A DNA stretch of 64,000 nt, from contig CACEFS010000001.1 in assembly GCA_902558895.1 (NCBI GenBank), positions 20,495 to 84,494 on the forward strand, given 5' to 3'. Of this stretch, positions 60,328-64,000 are shown in pieces (the first letter of the stretch is position 1; every line of letters begins with the position of its first letter). A program made the position numbers and the translations under genes. Source of the stretch: an uncultured Prochlorococcus sp. GTDB taxonomy: Bacteria; Cyanobacteriota; Cyanobacteriia; PCC-6307; Cyanobiaceae. The notes under the pieces are model-generated. The model was not told the origin of the DNA. It searched no databases and saw only the letters and a list, made by a program, of their open reading frames with translations.

Positions 60328-61383
60328 CTATTTTAATAGTTCTACTGCTACGACAAGATTTCCTAATAATCCGTTCAAAATATTTAGCTGTTCTTTACTA
60401 CCAAATGCTATTAATACCTGACCTGGTTGAAGTATGAAATTGCCTCCAGGATTAGTGAACAACTTTTCATTTTCCTTAATGGCTAATATTTTTGCACCAC
60501 TCTTTTTGCCTATTCCAAGTTCAGAAAGTGATCTTTTCTCTGCTGTTTCAAAAAGACTAATATCATTACTTAATTCAAATTCTTCAATCTCACATTCACT
60601 TCCTGCAAGCAGATCAAGAAAGTCAATGGCGATTGGTCTAAGAGCCATTGATGCCATCGCTCTTCCTGCTGCGATGTAAGGACTTACAACTATACTTGCC
60701 CCTGCCAATCTTAACTTACTTGCGGCTTCTTCAGTTCCTGCTCTAGCAATTACTCTTATAGAACTTCTTATACCTTTAGCACTTAAAACTACATATAAAT
60801 TTGCAGCATCATTAGGTAAGGTAACGACCAAACTTTTGCATTTTTCTAATCCTGCCATTTTTAAAGTCTCATCAAGAGTCGCATCAGCACAAAGCACTTC
60901 TAAACCATTTTCTTCAGCAATCTTTTTTCTATCTTCATCACTCTCAACAACAATAATTGGAATATTTTGTGTTTTTATCTGGTTAGATATTTCCTGACCT
61001 ACCCTCCCATATCCGCACAAAATTACATGATTTTCCATTTTTCTAAGAATTCTTTTAAAACGTAATTCGTTTACTCTTTGAAAATAGCCGGATTCGAATA
61101 ATCTAACAGCTTTTTGAAAAGTAAATTGAATAAAGATCAATCCGCCAACAATTACTAAGACAGTCACGATTCTGCCTTCAGGACTTAAGGGTTGAACTTC
61201 TCCAAAACCAATAGTGGTTATTGTGATCAGAACCATCCATAAGCAATCACTCCATTCCCATCCCTCTGTTATTCGATAGCCAATTGCACCTAAAAAAAAC
61301 AGAAAGAATAAAGAATAAATAAGACCAAACCAAGGCCTCAAATAGTCTTTAATAAAATAGAATTCAAATAATCTAAGCTTCAT
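60328..61383 (-). CDS. Potassium channel (2TM pore plus RCK/TrkA domains)
   Basis: Selectivity filter TITTIGFGE, HVILCGYGRVG NAD-binding RCK_N and a C-terminal RCK_C. Confidence 0.93.
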   Translation of the reverse strand: MKLRLFEFYFIKDYLRPWFGLIYSLFFLFFLGAIGYRITEGWEWSDCLWMVLITITTIGFGEVQPLSPEGRIVTVLVIVGGLIFIQFTFQKAVRLFESGYFQRVNELRFKRILRKMENHVILCGYGRVGQEISNQIKTQNIPIIVVESDEDRKKIAEENGLEVLCADATLDETLKMAGLEKCKSLVVTLPNDAANLYVVLSAKGIRSSIRVIARAGTEEAASKLRLAGASIVVSPYIAAGRAMASMALRPIAIDFLDLLAGSECEIEEFELSNDISLFETAEKRSLSELGIGKKSGAKILAIKENEKLFTNPGGNFILQPGQVLIAFGSKEQLNILNGLLGNLVVAVELLK

Positions 61384-61566
61384 ATCCCTTATTATCGTTA
61401 ACTATTCAAAAATTTCAAAAAGATTTTCTATTATGTTCCTAAAACTATTTATTTGTTTTAGTGAAATACATATTAAGCAGGATAATAATATTTATTTTCG
61501 TAGCTGTATGCATTAAACAAATGATTACTGTCTCAGGTCTTTTTTAATGCTTCATTAAAAATTAAT

Positions 61567-61698
61567 TCAAGGTTTTACTTGTACTGATTCAATAAGAAAA
61601 TCAGAAGCTGCTTTTAACCAATCAGCTACTGTAAGACGAAGATCAGGTTGAGAATATACAAGCGCGATAATAATTCCAACTAAGATTATCTTTACCAT
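61567..61698 (-). CDS. 43-aa membrane micro-protein
   Basis: MVKIILVGIIIALVYSQPDLRLTVADWLKAASDFLIESVQVKP* (alternative start 61704). Confidence 0.65.
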   Translation of the reverse strand: MVKIILVGIIIALVYSQPDLRLTVADWLKAASDFLIESVQVKP

Positions 61699-61775
61699 GG
61701 CATTTCAAATATTCTTATGAATTAAAGCACACCTATTTAGTAAAAAGAACCTTAAATTTAAAAAAAACAGAATAA

Positions 61776-62129
61776 TTAAAATTTTTCTAATTGATTAAAC
61801 AAGTATTCCACTCTTCTAAGATTTACACCTAAATCAGATTGCCCTAATCTTGCTGCAGATCTTATCTGAATAATACCTTTAGATCTGTCTACATAACTTC
61901 TTACATCAAGCTTTAAAATTTCAAGGTCATCTGGAAATCTAAAAATCAAGCTCCTACAAACACCTCTCCAATAATTTCTACCACTTTCAATAACTTCTGT
62001 ACGAGGTAAACCTTCTGCCAGGGAAACAAGTTGAATAAACTTTTGATCAACATTTATTAGTTTCTTTTCTACTAAGACACTATTTAATGGATTAGTTATT
62101 GGAGCAAGACCCTGGATGGAGGAAACCAT
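61776..62129 (-). CDS. DUF1499-family protein
   Basis: SLIFRFPDDLE...IQIRSAARLGQSDLGVNLRRVE pattern. Confidence 0.8.
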   Translation of the reverse strand: MVSSIQGLAPITNPLNSVLVEKKLINVDQKFIQLVSLAEGLPRTEVIESGRNYWRGVCRSLIFRFPDDLEILKLDVRSYVDRSKGIIQIRSAARLGQSDLGVNLRRVEYLFNQLEKF

Positions 62130-62249
62130 ATTTTTAAGAATGATGTAGATGTTCTAACCGATTTCATGCACAAAGTGAGAGCGAAAAGTAAAGAATTTTC
62201 CAATAAATTTGATCTTTTTTTAGAGATTCCTTACTTTATGATCAAAATT

Positions 62250-62387
62250 CTAAAATTTGAGATTTTTAATTGTTTTTTTTGATAGAGATGGTTGCCTACT
62301 TTGTTTACTAGTTAGTTTCCTAACCCATAAAAAAACTCCAACAAAAATAAAAATTTCAACAAAAATTCCAACCTTTATTAAACTCAT
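62250..62387 (-). CDS. 45-aa single-TM micro-protein
   Basis: MSLIKVGIFVEIFIFVGVFLWVRKLTSKQSRQPSLSKKTIKNLKF*. Confidence 0.55.
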   Translation of the reverse strand: MSLIKVGIFVEIFIFVGVFLWVRKLTSKQSRQPSLSKKTIKNLKF

Positions 62388-62483
62388 TTTTTATCCTCTT
62401 TTTTCTTGTTGGTGCCTTCAATGTATGGCACCAGGATATTTAATAACCATTTTTTAAATGAACTAAAAGGTTTCATAATCTAT

Positions 62484-62867
62484 TTACTTGCCTTTTCTCC
62501 ACAAACTCCTCCCTTTGATGAGATCCTCTACATTTGGCCAAGCTGCTATTAATTCTTTAATTGCCTTCCTATTAGGAGTATAGAAAACACATGACAATGC
62601 ACTTATTACATAAAGTATGAACCACAACTTACTTTCTAAATAAGCTAAAAACAAAGAGAAAGGAAAACTTCCAATGAAGAAAAAGAAAAATGTCCTATTT
62701 AGTATTTCTAATGGAGTTCTTTTAAGTCTGTAAAATTTATTCTTTTTTTTATCTGGTTGAGTATCATTCAGAAATTTACTTTCGTAGGAATTAATTATTT
62801 CTTCTTCTAGAACTTTTTCATACTCTAAATTATCAATTGGATAGCTTTTATCCTTTTTATTTATCAT
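62484..62867 (-). CDS. Hypothetical 2-TM membrane protein
   Basis: RTPLEILNR...YTPNRKAIKELIAAWPN flanking two TM segments. Confidence 0.72.
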   Translation of the reverse strand: MINKKDKSYPIDNLEYEKVLEEEIINSYESKFLNDTQPDKKKNKFYRLKRTPLEILNRTFFFFFIGSFPFSLFLAYLESKLWFILYVISALSCVFYTPNRKAIKELIAAWPNVEDLIKGRSLWRKGK

Positions 62868-63148
62868 TAGAATCTGTATAGTACAAACATGATAACTAAT
62901 TTAAAATTTTTAAAAAGTATCAAATTTTTCTGTTAACTGAAGCTATACGAACAGATCATGGTTTTGAAAATACTCCAAGATTGTCTTATTTATAAAAGAT
63001 AAATTAGTCAAAATATTCTTTTTAATTTTCCCAAATCTTTCGGTCATTTAAAACAATCACTTCTATAAACTTAATAGTATTAATTAATTTGGGAGGCAAT
63101 ATCTAAATCTAGAGTTAATATAGTTTAGAGATTTTAATAATAATTTAT

Positions 63149-63460
63149 ATGCAAAGGTATTTGATTTCTTACGAATTTACAGATGGCGAGGATCAAGAAG
63201 AAGGGGCCGAAATGCTAATTAATTGGTATGAATCAGGTGGGCCTCAAAACAGACCTGAAAACTATGAGGTTCATTCTTGGATTTTTATGGTTCAAAATGG
63301 GATTGGACATTCTGTAGTCAGTGCAGATTCTCTTGAGACAATTTGGAAGCAATGGCATCCCTGGAGAAGGTTAATGGATATAAGTATTCAACCTTGCATG
63401 GATCTTGATGAGACAGTCGGATTATTCAAAAAACAAAAAATGAATACACGGATAGTCTAA
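63149..63460 (+). CDS. DUF3303-family protein
   Basis: MQRYLISYEF...GIGHSVVSADSLETIWKQWHPW...ISIQPCMD pattern. Confidence 0.72.
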   Translation: MQRYLISYEFTDGEDQEEGAEMLINWYESGGPQNRPENYEVHSWIFMVQNGIGHSVVSADSLETIWKQWHPWRRLMDISIQPCMDLDETVGLFKKQKMNTRIV

Positions 63461-63555
63461 AAGTATTTCTAACTTATAGATATAAATTTCTTTTTAGTAG
63501 CACCTAATACTACATACATATTTCACTGCGTTAAAAAGGATAAGATTAATCTTCC

Positions 63556-63750
63556 ATGATGAATGATTCTTATCACATTTACTTCAAAGGAGAAATTCTT
63601 TTCAAGAATTTAAGTAAAGATGATTTTGAATTTGTTTGGGGAAAACTTTATACATCCTATATAAATGCCCTAAATAAAGAGCTTACCTACGAATTAATTA
63701 GCGAAAACAATATCATGGAGCCTGCCTTTAACCTTGAGCCATCTTATTAA
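63556..63750 (+). CDS. Hypothetical protein
   Basis: YHIYFKGEILFKNLSKDDFEFVW...LTYE. Confidence 0.68.
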   Translation: MMNDSYHIYFKGEILFKNLSKDDFEFVWGKLYTSYINALNKELTYELISENNIMEPAFNLEPSY

Positions 63751-63770
63751 ATTAAGAACTAAATCTTAGT

Positions 63771-64000
63771 TTATGAATAAAACAAGAAAAGCTGTCTTCC
63801 TTTTATTTTGAGATACTCTTTCTCTTCTTTAGTTATATCCAAATCAATTTTATTTGCCTCAATTTCTACATTCGAACTATAAGTTTCAAAGTTATCCTTT
63901 CTTTTAAATAAAGCAACTATACCAATATCTGTTATGAACCAGATAAAATAATCAGTCTCTCCAATTGGCTCATCTTTTAGAGAGTCAAAAATCAAATCGC
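63771..64000 (-). CDS. Hypothetical protein, 3' part (frame open to the window edge)
   Basis: The frame continues upstream of TTG 63995 (GAT...) without a stop. Confidence 0.65.
   Translation of the reverse strand, partial: DLIFDSLKDEPIGETDYFIWFITDIGIVALFKRKDNFETYSSNVEIEANKIDLDITKEEKEYLKIKGRQLFLFYS

Noticed and set aside
62257-62457. 66-aa + strand ORF and the TGGTGCC/GGCACCA hairpin at 62410-62433
   Set aside because: The ORF is antisense to a more plausible 45-aa TM peptide; the 7-bp hairpin alone is too little evidence for an RNA gene.

Overview
AT-rich window from a Prochlorococcus marinus chromosome, most likely a high-light ecotype (inferred from gene content, gene order and composition). 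About 1-28.8 kb is core genome: glpX (partial), rpe, ccsA, lptB, typA, chlP, glyS, sir, recG, tsf, rpsB with a t44-type leader, devBCA, pcyA, an M16 peptidase pair, sipA, ftsH, clpP, psb29 and petN. About 28.8-35 kb is dense in small ORFs, many below the 60-aa cut-off of the ORF track. About 35-41 kb is the four-gene ligase-associated repair operon (exonuclease, ATP-dependent ligase, Lhr-like helicase, metallophosphoesterase). About 42-57 kb is the phosphate-acquisition island: pstCAB, arsR, gap3-arsJ-chrA, pstS, porin, atypical phoA, phoR and phoB. About 57-64 kb is a flexible zone with small exported proteins, a cytochrome c6-like gene, two adjacent decayed genes and a K+ channel. No tRNA, rRNA, CRISPR array, integrase or transposase was seen. 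The best candidate for a new system is a putative Pho-box-driven small RNA divergent from phoB. Its 13-bp hairpin presents a Yfr1-like CCUCACAC seed in the loop; a second similar motif lies at the other end of the island, and a near-complementary site covers the RBS of the island porin (a possible P-starvation porin switch). Also notable are an RPE with both metal-ligand His replaced by Gln and a micro membrane protein coupled to petN. All calls were made by eye; no searches were run.
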